Shown here: positions 16,046-24,077 of the stretch, piece by piece | Numbering within the stretch: position 1 is the stretch's first letter | Layout: every line of letters starts with the position of its first letter | Assembly: GCA_963843975.1 (NCBI GenBank) | Contig: CAWJMG010000003.1 | Span: 240,001-272,000, forward strand | Reading direction: 5' to 3' | Origin: an uncultured Actinomycetes bacterium | GTDB lineage: Bacteria; Actinomycetota; Actinomycetes; S36-B12; CAIYMF01 | Length of the DNA stretch: 32,000 bases | The notes under the pieces: generated by a model | The model's input: only the letters and a program-made list of their open reading frames with translations | What the model was told of the DNA's origin: nothing | Databases searched by the model: none | Program-made: the position numbers and the translations under genes

Positions 16046-16050
16046 TCGCC

Positions 16051-16218
16051 ATGCGCATCGCGACCGACGACCTCGGAGTCGTCGCCTTCGTCCTTCCGCA
16101 GCACGCCAACCGCGTGTTCGACCTCCACGAGTGGCCCGACGGCTCGTTCAGCCTCGAGCTCGTCGACAGCGACGTCGACCAGACCGCCGAGGCGACGTAC
16201 GACCTGCGCTCCGCCTGA
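16051..16218 (+). CDS. small acidic hypothetical protein (55 aa), probably co-transcribed with the LysM gene
   Basis: ATG 16051 lies 5 nt after the LysM stop. About 53 of 55 codons end in G/C, a strong coding signature for this genome. It is followed by the hairpin at 16234-16278. It forms the last 55 codons of the otherwise spurious ORF 14365..16218. Confidence 0.5.
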   Translation: MRIATDDLGVVAFVLPQHANRVFDLHEWPDGSFSLELVDSDVDQTAEATYDLRSA

Positions 16219-16233
16219 TAGACCTCCTCAGGG

Positions 16234-16278
16234 TGATCGGCCGGTGTCCGCACGGTGGGTGCGGAGACCGGCCGATCA
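16234..16278 (+). terminator. 20-bp hairpin after the LysM/small-ORF unit
   Basis: TGATCGGCCGGTGTCCGCAC (16234-16253), loop GGTGG, GTGCGGAGACCGGCCGATCA (16259-16278). There is one mismatch in the stem. Confidence 0.6.
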
Positions 16279-16361
16279 GCGTTTCCGGCCAATCTGAGTA
16301 GGGAGCGTGCGCTCTGCGACGGATTTGGCACCCAGCTACCCCGTCGGCGTCCGGGGAGGGT

Positions 16362-16413
16362 CGCTTTGGATGCCTGAGAGGCATGAATTCAGGCCTCTCA
16401 GGCATCCAAAGCG
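16362..16413. repeat. 52-bp near-perfect palindrome with nested ATGCCT/AGGCAT sub-palindromes in a long non-coding region
   Basis: CGCTTTGGATGCCTGAGAGGC (16362-16382) pairs with GCCTCTCAGGCATCCAAAGCG (16393-16413). The centre aTGAATTCAg is itself palindromic apart from one pair. GC content is lower than in the surroundings. Confidence 0.7.
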
Positions 16414-16653
16414 AGGGGGCGTGGACCACCGGATCTGGGGGTACGGCGTACGGCGCGGCACCAGATGGTGGGGTCGCGACACGCCGACGACACGCCGACC
16501 CCGGCACCGATTTCGACCGGTGTTAGGGCTCGCTCACGGGTCGAAAACCCTGCAATCTCAGGCGTGTCGCGCACCACACCGATCCGAGCAAGATCACTCC
16601 CGGAAACCGGTCGCCGCGAGCCTTGCGTGCTGTCGGAGGTGGGGTCTACGGTT

Positions 16654-16701
16654 CCCCTACATCTAGTAGTTACACCGCTGTAAGTCGTCCACAGGTAGTG
16701 G
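16654..16701. promoter_or_regulatory. tandem NrdR boxes upstream of nrdR-nrdJ
   Basis: CCCCTACATCTAGTAG (16654-16669) and CGTCCACAGGTAGTGG (16686-16701), compared with the NrdR-box consensus acaCwAtATaTwGtgt. The box starts are 32 bp apart, which is the usual tandem spacing. They lie about 200 bp upstream of the nrdR ATG. Confidence 0.5.
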
Positions 16702-16901
16702 TCCCTGGGTCAACAGGTTGCGAACACGTTGTCCCCAGGATCCCCACAGATCGGTGCACAGGCTCCCCAGCAAACCGGGTCAAACCGGACACGCAGAACC
16801 CCCGAAACGCCGCACCACAGCACCGCCACGCACAGGCCCGGGCCACAAGCGCCCCGGCGCCACCACGGAAGCCACGACGAGAGAGAAGGGAGGCGGCCAC
16901 G

Positions 16902-17435
16902 ATGCACTGCCCGTTCTGCCGCCACACCGACTCCCGCGTCGTCGACTCCCGCAGCGACGCCGACGGCATGAGCATCCGCCGTCGTCGGCAGTGCCCCGAG
17001 TGCGGCAAGCGCTTCACGACGGCCGAGACGGTCACGCTCACGGTCACCAAGCACAACGGCGTCACCGAGCCGTTCAGCCGCACCAAGGTGGCGAACGGCG
17101 TGCGCAAGGCGTGCCAGGGCCGCCCGGTGAGCGAGGACGACCTCGCGCTCCTGGCCCAGTCGGTCGAGGAGGCGGTGCGCGCGAGCGGCTGCGCCGAGAT
17201 CGCGAGCCACGACGTCGGCCTGGCGATCCTCGGGCCGCTGCGCGAGCTCGACGAGGTCGCCTACCTGCGGTTCGCGAGCGTCTACCGCGCGTTCGAGGGC
17301 CTCGAGGACTTCGAGGCCGAGATCGCCCTGCTGCGGGCCGAGCGCGAGCTCAGCCCCGATCTTCGCACCGGCCGCCGAGAGGCCGCCGGAGGCGAGCACG
17401 ACCGTGCTGATCAGCTCAGCACCACCTCGCCCTGA
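16902..17435 (+). CDS. nrdR: transcriptional repressor NrdR (zinc ribbon + ATP-cone)
   Basis: This is an internal ATG 16902 of ORF 16623..17435, preceded by GAGAAGGGAGG. The translation is [42 protein letters not shown], followed by an ATP-cone domain. Confidence 0.95.
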   Translation: MHCPFCRHTDSRVVDSRSDADGMSIRRRRQCPECGKRFTTAETVTLTVTKHNGVTEPFSRTKVANGVRKACQGRPVSEDDLALLAQSVEEAVRASGCAEIASHDVGLAILGPLRELDEVAYLRFASVYRAFEGLEDFEAEIALLRAERELSPDLRTGRREAAGGEHDRADQLSTTSP

Positions 17436-17638
17436 TCCGCGTTCAGGGCCCCCACCAGATCCACGGCTCCTTCCCCTGCCGGCACGACCCCGCACGACCG
17501 CACGAAGCAAGAAACAGCACCGAGGAATACCGCGAGAACCCAGCAGTTCCAGGCAATAACGGCACTGCACCAGACGTTGAACAAGCAGGACTCGAACAAG
17601 CTCCCCACGGGGGATCGAGCCGGTCAGTGGAGGAACGC

Positions 17639-20512
17639 ATGACGGAGACGACAGGCGCCAAGGCGTCGAAGAAGGCCGCTACCCCCAGGGTCGCAGGCCT
17701 CACCATCGACCGGATCTACACCACTCCGGGGGTGCACCCGTACGACGACGTCACCTGGGAGCACCGCGACGTGGTGCAGACCAACTGGAAGACCGGCGAG
17801 ACCGTCTTCGAGCAGCGCGCGGTGGAGTTCCCCGACTTCTGGACGGTCAACGCCTCCACGATCGTCACCACGAAGTACTTCCGCGGCGCCGTGGGCACCG
17901 ACCAGCGCGAGCGCAGCCTGCGCCAGCTGATCGACCGCGTCGTGCTCACCTACACCAAGGCGGGCAAGGACTTCGGCTACTTCCTCACCGAGGAGGACGC
18001 CACCGTCTTCGAGCACGAGCTCACCTGGATGCTGCTGCACCAGGTCTTCAGCTTCAACAGCCCCGTGTGGTTCAACGTCGGTACGACGAGCCCGCAGCAG
18101 GTCAGCGCCTGCTTCATCCTCGCCGTCGACGACACGATGGACTCGATCCTGAACTGGTACCGCGAGGAGGGCCTGATCTTCAAGGGCGGCTCCGGTGCCG
18201 GCCTCAACCTCTCCCGCATCCGCTCGAGCAAGGAGCTGCTGCACTCCGGCGGCACCGCGAGCGGCCCGGTCTCCTTCATGCGCGGCGCCGACGCCAGCGC
18301 CGGCACCATCAAGAGCGGCGGCGCCACGCGTCGTGCGGCCAAGATGGTCGTGCTCGACGTCGACCACCCCGACATCGAGGAGTTCATCGAGACCAAGGCC
18401 GCGGAGGAGCGCAAGATCCGCGTGCTCCGCGACGCCGGCTTCGACATGGACCTCGGCGGCAAGGACATCACCTCGGTCCAGTACCAGAACGCCAACAACT
18501 CGGTCCGCGTGACCGACGAGTTCATGCGCGCTGTCGAGGAGGGCACCGAGTTCGGCCTCCGCGCCCGCTCGACCGGCGAGATCATCGAGACGGTCGACGC
18601 CAAGAAGCTGTTCGAGAAGATCGCGCTCGCCGCGTGGGAGTGCGCCGACCCGGGCATCCAGTACGACGGCACGATCAACGACTGGCACACCAACCCCGAG
18701 ACGGGCCGCATCACCGCGAGCAACCCGTGCTCGGAGTACATGAGCCTCGACAACAGCTCGTGCAACCTCGCGAGCCTCAACCTGCTGAAGTTCCTCAAGG
18801 ACGACGACACGTTCGACGCCGTCACCTTCGGCAAGGCCGTCGACCTCATCATCACGGCGATGGATATCTCGATCTGCTTCGCGGACTTCCCGACCGAGCC
18901 GATCGGCGACACCACCCGCAAGTACCGCCAGCTCGGCATCGGCTTCGCCAACCTCGGCGCGCTGCTCATGGCGACCGGCCTGCCCTACGACAGCGACGGC
19001 GGCCGCGCGCTCGCCGGCGCGATCACGAGCCTCATGACGGGCCGCGCCTACAAGCGCTCCGCCGAGCTCGCCGCGATCGTCGGCCCGTACGAGGGCTACG
19101 CCCGCAACGCCGACGCCCACAAGCGCGTGATGCGCAAGCATGCTGCGGCCACCGACGGCGTCCGCACCGTGACGAGCCTCGACTCGGACGTGCTCAAGCT
19201 CGCGCAGAAGGCGTGGGAGGACGGCGTCAAGCTCGGCGAGAAGAACGGCTACCGCAACGCGCAGGCCTCGGTGCTCGCGCCGACCGGCACCATCGGCTTC
19301 ATGATGGACTGCGACACCACCGGCATCGAGCCCGACTTCTCGCTGGTGAAGTTCAAGAAGCTCGTCGGCGGCGGCTCGATGCAGATCGTCAACCAGACGA
19401 TCCCGCGGGCGCTGCGCAAGCTCGGCTACACCGAGGAGACGGTCGAGGCGATCGTCGAGTACATCTCCGACAAGGGGCACGTCGTCGACGCTCCCGGCCT
19501 CAAGACCGAGCACTACCCGGTGTTCGACACCGCGATGGGCGAGCGCTCGATCACGCCCATGGGCCACGTGCGGATGATGGCGGCCTGCCAGCCGTTCCTC
19601 TCGGGCGCGATCTCCAAGACGGTGAACATGCCGGAGGAGGCCACGGTCGAGGAGATCGAGGAGGTCTACTTCCAGAGCTGGAAGATGGGCATCAAGGCGC
19701 TCGCGATCTACCGCGACAACTGCAAGGTCGGCCAGCCGCTCTCGGACGGCAAGTCGACCAAGGCCGACAACGGCGTCGCCGCCGTCGCCAGCCCCGCGAC
19801 GGTCGTCGAGTACCGCCCGATCCGCAAGCGCCTGCCCAAGAAGCGCCCGTCGCAGACGGTGTCGTTCTCGGTCGGCGGTGCCGAGGGCTACATGACCGCC
19901 GGCTCCTACCCGGACGACGGCCTGGGCGAGGTCTTCCTCAAGCTCGGCAAGCAGGGCTCGACGCTCGCCGGCGTGATGGACGCCTTCTCCATCGCGATCT
20001 CGATCGCGCTGCAGTACGGCGTGCCGCTCGAGGCCTATGTCTCGAAGTTCGTCAACATGCGCTTCGAGCCGGCCGGTCTCACCGACGACCCGGACATCCG
20101 CATGGCGCAGTCGATGATGGACTACATCTTCCGCCGCCTCGCACTGGACTACCTGCCCTACGAGAAGCGCTCGGCCCTCGGCATCTTCACCGCCGACGAG
20201 CGCGCCGAGCAGGTCGCCGGCTCGTACAACACCCCGGCCCCCGCCGCCGAGATCGCCGCGGCCGTGACCGAGGAGCTCGAGACCCTCGCGCAGTCGGCTC
20301 CGGTGTCGGCCCCGACGGCTCCGTCCTCGGACGACGCCGCTCTCGGTGCGATCGCTGCGCCGAAGGAGGCCCACTCCTCGGCCGAGCTGCTCGAGGTCAT
20401 CACCGGCAAGGCCTCGGACGCGCCGCTCTGCATGACCTGCGGCATCAAGATGCGCCCGGCCGGCAGCTGCTACGTCTGCGAGGGCTGCGGCTCGACCAGC
20501 GGCTGCAGCTGA
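17639..20512 (+). CDS. nrdJ: adenosylcobalamin-dependent ribonucleotide reductase, class II (NrdJ)
   Basis: About 957 aa. GGAGG (17629-17633) precedes ATG 17639. Class II signatures: ASNPCSEYMSLDNSSCNLASLNL, TGIEPDFSLVKFKKLVGG, and the C-terminal Cys cluster CMTCGIKMRPAGSCYVCEGCGSTSGCS. The nrdR-nrdJ pairing is as in Streptomyces. Confidence 0.95.
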   Translation: MTETTGAKASKKAATPRVAGLTIDRIYTTPGVHPYDDVTWEHRDVVQTNWKTGETVFEQRAVEFPDFWTVNASTIVTTKYFRGAVGTDQRERSLRQLIDRVVLTYTKAGKDFGYFLTEEDATVFEHELTWMLLHQVFSFNSPVWFNVGTTSPQQVSACFILAVDDTMDSILNWYREEGLIFKGGSGAGLNLSRIRSSKELLHSGGTASGPVSFMRGADASAGTIKSGGATRRAAKMVVLDVDHPDIEEFIETKAAEERKIRVLRDAGFDMDLGGKDITSVQYQNANNSVRVTDEFMRAVEEGTEFGLRARSTGEIIETVDAKKLFEKIALAAWECADPGIQYDGTINDWHTNPETGRITASNPCSEYMSLDNSSCNLASLNLLKFLKDDDTFDAVTFGKAVDLIITAMDISICFADFPTEPIGDTTRKYRQLGIGFANLGALLMATGLPYDSDGGRALAGAITSLMTGRAYKRSAELAAIVGPYEGYARNADAHKRVMRKHAAATDGVRTVTSLDSDVLKLAQKAWEDGVKLGEKNGYRNAQASVLAPTGTIGFMMDCDTTGIEPDFSLVKFKKLVGGGSMQIVNQTIPRALRKLGYTEETVEAIVEYISDKGHVVDAPGLKTEHYPVFDTAMGERSITPMGHVRMMAACQPFLSGAISKTVNMPEEATVEEIEEVYFQSWKMGIKALAIYRDNCKVGQPLSDGKSTKADNGVAAVASPATVVEYRPIRKRLPKKRPSQTVSFSVGGAEGYMTAGSYPDDGLGEVFLKLGKQGSTLAGVMDAFSIAISIALQYGVPLEAYVSKFVNMRFEPAGLTDDPDIRMAQSMMDYIFRRLALDYLPYEKRSALGIFTADERAEQVAGSYNTPAPAAEIAAAVTEELETLAQSAPVSAPTAPSSDDAALGAIAAPKEAHSSAELLEVITGKASDAPLCMTCGIKMRPAGSCYVCEGCGSTSGCS

Positions 20513-20520
20513 TCGAAGAC

Positions 20521-20589
20521 TCCGTTCTCACACTGTGAGAACGGCCAGACTCGGGGCGGGTTGTCGTGGGGAAGCGACAACCCGCCCCG
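20521..20589 (+). terminator. two consecutive hairpins after nrdJ (core/island boundary)
   Basis: First hairpin: CCGTTCTCACA-C-TGTGAGAACGG (20521-20543). Second hairpin: TCGGGGCGGGTTGTCG (20550-20565), loop TGGGGAAG, CGACAACCCGCCCCGA (20574-20589). Confidence 0.6.
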
Positions 20590-20801
20590 ACTCGTTTCCA
20601 CAAAGCAGTTGTCCGAACTCCCTCGGTGTCGTTCTGTGGAGGGACGGCCACAGGGAGCCTCGGCCGCTACAGCGTTGTCCTCTCACCCAACGAGAGGATG
20701 GAATCGTGCAAAGCCAACACGGCTGTCGATCGCTTAGGGCCGGAAGTCTGAGCTCGCCGGTAGTGTCGCCGCGGAGTCAATCGACAGAGGGGGGTAACGC
20801 A

Positions 20802-23800
20802 ATGACTCGGATCTTCGACAACATTGGGGACGCTCTCGGCCCGCACCTCCAGGCGACCCTGTCGAAGTACGACCGTATTGACGCAGCAGTCGGCTACTTC
20901 AACCTGAGGGGCTGGGCCCTCTTCGCTCCGCTGATCGAGTCCAAGACCGTTGGCACCGTCCCCGTCGCGCGGGTCTTGGTAGGCATGACCACCGCAGACC
21001 CGGGCGCGCAAGTTCTGGATGCCCTGCAAAGTGACCTTGACGGGGTCGCGGGCGACGAGGACATCGACCGAGATGTGGCTCGCCGGCGTCGCGAGCGCGC
21101 AATCCTGAAGTTCCGCGAGCAGCTGTCCCGAGGCATCCCGAACGAGCAGGACCTCGAGACGCTTCGTACCCTCCGGGCGCATCTGGAGGACGGGCGCGTC
21201 GCCGTCAAGTTGTTCACGCGTCGCCCGCTCCACGGCAAGACCTACATCGCGCACCGGATGGACCTCAACAACCCCATCACCGCGTTCGTCGGCTCGTCCA
21301 ACCTCACCCTCTCTGGCCTGAAGCACAACTACGAACTCAACGTCGACGTTCTCGACTCGGACGGGACGAAGAAGCTCGACCACTGGTTCGAGGACCGTTG
21401 GAACGACACGTTCAGCCTCGACATCACCGCCGACCTCATCACCCTGATCGACCAGTCGTGGGTCAGCGAAACGCCGCTGACCCCGTACGACGTGTACCTG
21501 AAGGTCTGCTACCACCTATCTCGCGACGTCAGAGAGGGCCTCGCCGAGTTCTCCATCCCAGCCGGCCTGCGCGAGCAGTTGCTCGACTACCAGACCAGCG
21601 CCGTGAAGACCCTCGCACGACGAATCCAGCACCGCGGCGGCACGATGCTCGGCGACGTCGTCGGCCTCGGAAAGACCATCACGGCGGTCGCCGTCGCCGC
21701 GACCCTTCGCGAGGACTACGGTTACGAGCCGCTCATCGTGTGCCCGAAGAACCTTGAGAAGATGTGGCGCGCGTACCTCGACAAGTACGAACTCCCAGGC
21801 CGCGTCGTCCCCTACAGCCTCGCTGCCCGCGACCTGCCCAACATGCGCCGCTACCGGTTCGTAATCGTGGACGAGAGCCACACCCTGCGGAACTCCACGC
21901 GGCAGGACTACCAGGCCCTCCACGACTACATCCGCAGGAACGACTCCAAGGTCCTGCTGCTCACTGCAACCCCGTACAACATCAGGTTCGGGGACGTCGC
22001 CAACCAGATCGGGCTCTACGTCGACGATGACGATGATCTTGGCCTGCAGCCGCTGGCCGCGATCGCAAAGAACCCGTCTCTGATGGACAAGGTCGACGGG
22101 AAGGTCACCTCGCTGGGAGCGTTCCGCCGGTCGGACGAGCCCGACGACTGGAAGCGCCTCATGTCCGACCATCTAGTGCGCCGCACCCGTGGGTTCGTCA
22201 AGGCGAACTACTCGCTCATCGACGAGCACGGACGTGAGTACCTCACGTTCGCAGACGGCAGCAGGTTCTACTTCCCGACTCGCAAGCCGAAGCCGATCGA
22301 GCACGACTTCGGCAAGAAGGACCCCGCTCGCCTCATGGCGTCGGACAAGACGCTCGACACAATCTCCGTTCTTCTTCTTCCCCGCTACGGTCTCGGTGAC
22401 TACGTCTCTCCGGACGCTAAGCCGACCGCTGGCGAGCAGAAGGTCATTGAGAAGATCCAGCGCGCGTCGGGTCACCTGTCAGGCTTCGTCCGCACCGGCC
22501 TCTACAAGCGACTCTCCTCCTGCGGCCATTCCTACACGCTCTCGTTGCAGCGCCATCTCGCCCGCAACGAGCTGTGGGTGTACGCCATCGACAACGACCT
22601 GCCGCTTCCCGTCGGAACGATCCTTGACTCGATGTTCGACTCCGACCCGGACAGCACCACTGAAGCGGATGAGGACTACGACCTGGACGACGCGGACTAC
22701 TCCGCCGTCGCGATCAGGGACTACGACGCCCTGAAGAAGCGCAACCCCCCGTCCATCGTGTGGGTGAAGTCGTCCCTGTTCGCTCCAGACCTGCGCGACC
22801 ACCTCGTGCAGGACGCTAACGCCATCCGCGGCCTGCTGAGCAAGTACGGCACGTGGGACCAGAAACGCGACTCCAAGATCGACGCGCTGGCGGACCTGCT
22901 GACGGGCAAGCACAAACGCGACAAGGTCCTGATCTTCACCGAGTACGCCGACACCGCCCGCTACGTTGGAGAGGCGCTTGCAAAGCGGGGGATCAAGTCC
23001 GTCGGCGTCGTCACGGGTGCTAGCAGCGACCCCACCGACATGGCCCGCAGATTCTCCCCGAAGAGTAACGAGGACCTCGGTCAGGGAGAGATCCCGGTCG
23101 GTAACGAGATTCGCGTTCTCGTCACCACGGACGTGCTCAGCGAGGGCCAGAACCTCCAGGACGCCCACGTCGTCGTCAATTACGACCTGCCCTGGGCGAT
23201 CATCAGGCTGATCCAGCGCGCCGGCCGTGTCGACCGCATCGGACAGCAGTCCGACACCGTGTTCGTCTACTCCTTCTTCCACGGCGACGTCGAAGGCGTC
23301 CTCAACCTTCGCGAGCGAATCCGGCACCGGCTGGAGACCAACGCACAGGTGTTCGGCAGCGACGAACGATTCTTTGGTACCAAGAACGAGACCGCGACGA
23401 TCGAGGGCCTCTACAACGGCGACCTGAAGGACGACGAGTTCGAGGCCGAGTCGGACAACGACGCCACCTCGATCGCCTACGAGATCTGGACCAACGCCGC
23501 CGAGGAAGACCCCCAGCGTGCCGAGCGCATCAAGAACCTCCCGGACCTCGTGTACGCGACCCGCCCGGTTCGGGCGGAAGAGCCGAGCGGCATCGGTGTC
23601 TACGTCCGCACCGATCGCGGAGTCGACGGCTTCGGCTGCGCCGAGACCGCCGACGGCGTACGCCTGATGACGGGGCAGGAAGCGCTTCGCTTCTTCCAGG
23701 CAGAGCTTGAGACGCCGTCCCTGCCGCGCCAGGATAACCACTTCCGCCTTGTCGCGGACCTCGTGAAGGGGCCGCTCCGCCGACCGGACCTCGTTGAAGG

Positions 23801-24077
23801 CCGACTCCGGGGCGTTCGTTCACGGGTGTGGCGTCGGCTGAACGGTCACCTCGCGACCGCCGATCCCTATGTATCCGAAGCCCTCGACGCCCTCTACCGT
23901 CGTCCCCTCACCGTCGAAGCGGATGACCGCATCCGACGCGCGCTCTCCATGCGCGACGAAGACGAACTCGCCCAACTTCTCGTCGTGCTCCACGCCGACG
24001 CACGACTCGTCCTGCCCGACGGCCCGGGCAGTGACCCGATCCGCATCGTCTGCACCATGGGGGCCGCACGTGCATAG
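20802..24077 (+). CDS. PLD-family (HKD) nuclease domain fused to an SNF2-family helicase (1091 aa)
   Basis: This is an internal ATG 20802 of ORF 20535..24077, preceded by AGAGGGGGG. There is a single HKD-like motif, HGKTYIAH...VGSSNLTLSG (HGK at 21231-21239). SNF2 motifs: DVVGLGKT (I), VIVDESH (II), LLLTATPYN (III), TTDVLSEGQNLQ (V) and QRAGRVDRIGQ (VI). The roughly 250-aa C-terminal region is uncharacterised. Confidence 0.9.
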   Translation: MTRIFDNIGDALGPHLQATLSKYDRIDAAVGYFNLRGWALFAPLIESKTVGTVPVARVLVGMTTADPGAQVLDALQSDLDGVAGDEDIDRDVARRRRERAILKFREQLSRGIPNEQDLETLRTLRAHLEDGRVAVKLFTRRPLHGKTYIAHRMDLNNPITAFVGSSNLTLSGLKHNYELNVDVLDSDGTKKLDHWFEDRWNDTFSLDITADLITLIDQSWVSETPLTPYDVYLKVCYHLSRDVREGLAEFSIPAGLREQLLDYQTSAVKTLARRIQHRGGTMLGDVVGLGKTITAVAVAATLREDYGYEPLIVCPKNLEKMWRAYLDKYELPGRVVPYSLAARDLPNMRRYRFVIVDESHTLRNSTRQDYQALHDYIRRNDSKVLLLTATPYNIRFGDVANQIGLYVDDDDDLGLQPLAAIAKNPSLMDKVDGKVTSLGAFRRSDEPDDWKRLMSDHLVRRTRGFVKANYSLIDEHGREYLTFADGSRFYFPTRKPKPIEHDFGKKDPARLMASDKTLDTISVLLLPRYGLGDYVSPDAKPTAGEQKVIEKIQRASGHLSGFVRTGLYKRLSSCGHSYTLSLQRHLARNELWVYAIDNDLPLPVGTILDSMFDSDPDSTTEADEDYDLDDADYSAVAIRDYDALKKRNPPSIVWVKSSLFAPDLRDHLVQDANAIRGLLSKYGTWDQKRDSKIDALADLLTGKHKRDKVLIFTEYADTARYVGEALAKRGIKSVGVVTGASSDPTDMARRFSPKSNEDLGQGEIPVGNEIRVLVTTDVLSEGQNLQDAHVVVNYDLPWAIIRLIQRAGRVDRIGQQSDTVFVYSFFHGDVEGVLNLRERIRHRLETNAQVFGSDERFFGTKNETATIEGLYNGDLKDDEFEAESDNDATSIAYEIWTNAAEEDPQRAERIKNLPDLVYATRPVRAEEPSGIGVYVRTDRGVDGFGCAETADGVRLMTGQEALRFFQAELETPSLPRQDNHFRLVADLVKGPLRRPDLVEGRLRGVRSRVWRRLNGHLATADPYVSEALDALYRRPLTVEADDRIRRALSMRDEDELAQLLVVLHADARLVLPDGPGSDPIRIVCTMGAARA

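Noticed and set aside
14365-16050. The first 562 codons of the 617-aa ORF 14365..16218 (+), which spans the hsp20 upstream region, lexA and the LysM gene.
   Set aside because: It runs antisense to lexA and out of frame with the LysM gene, and its translation is junk. Only its last 55 codons (16051-16218), which have an ATG and strong GC3 bias, were kept as a candidate small gene.
17624-20538. The 916-aa antisense ORF 17624..20374 (-) and the 823-aa ORF 18067..20538 (+), both over nrdJ.
   Set aside because: These are shadow frames of a very high-GC3 gene. Their translations are Arg/Gly/Asp/His repeats without motifs.
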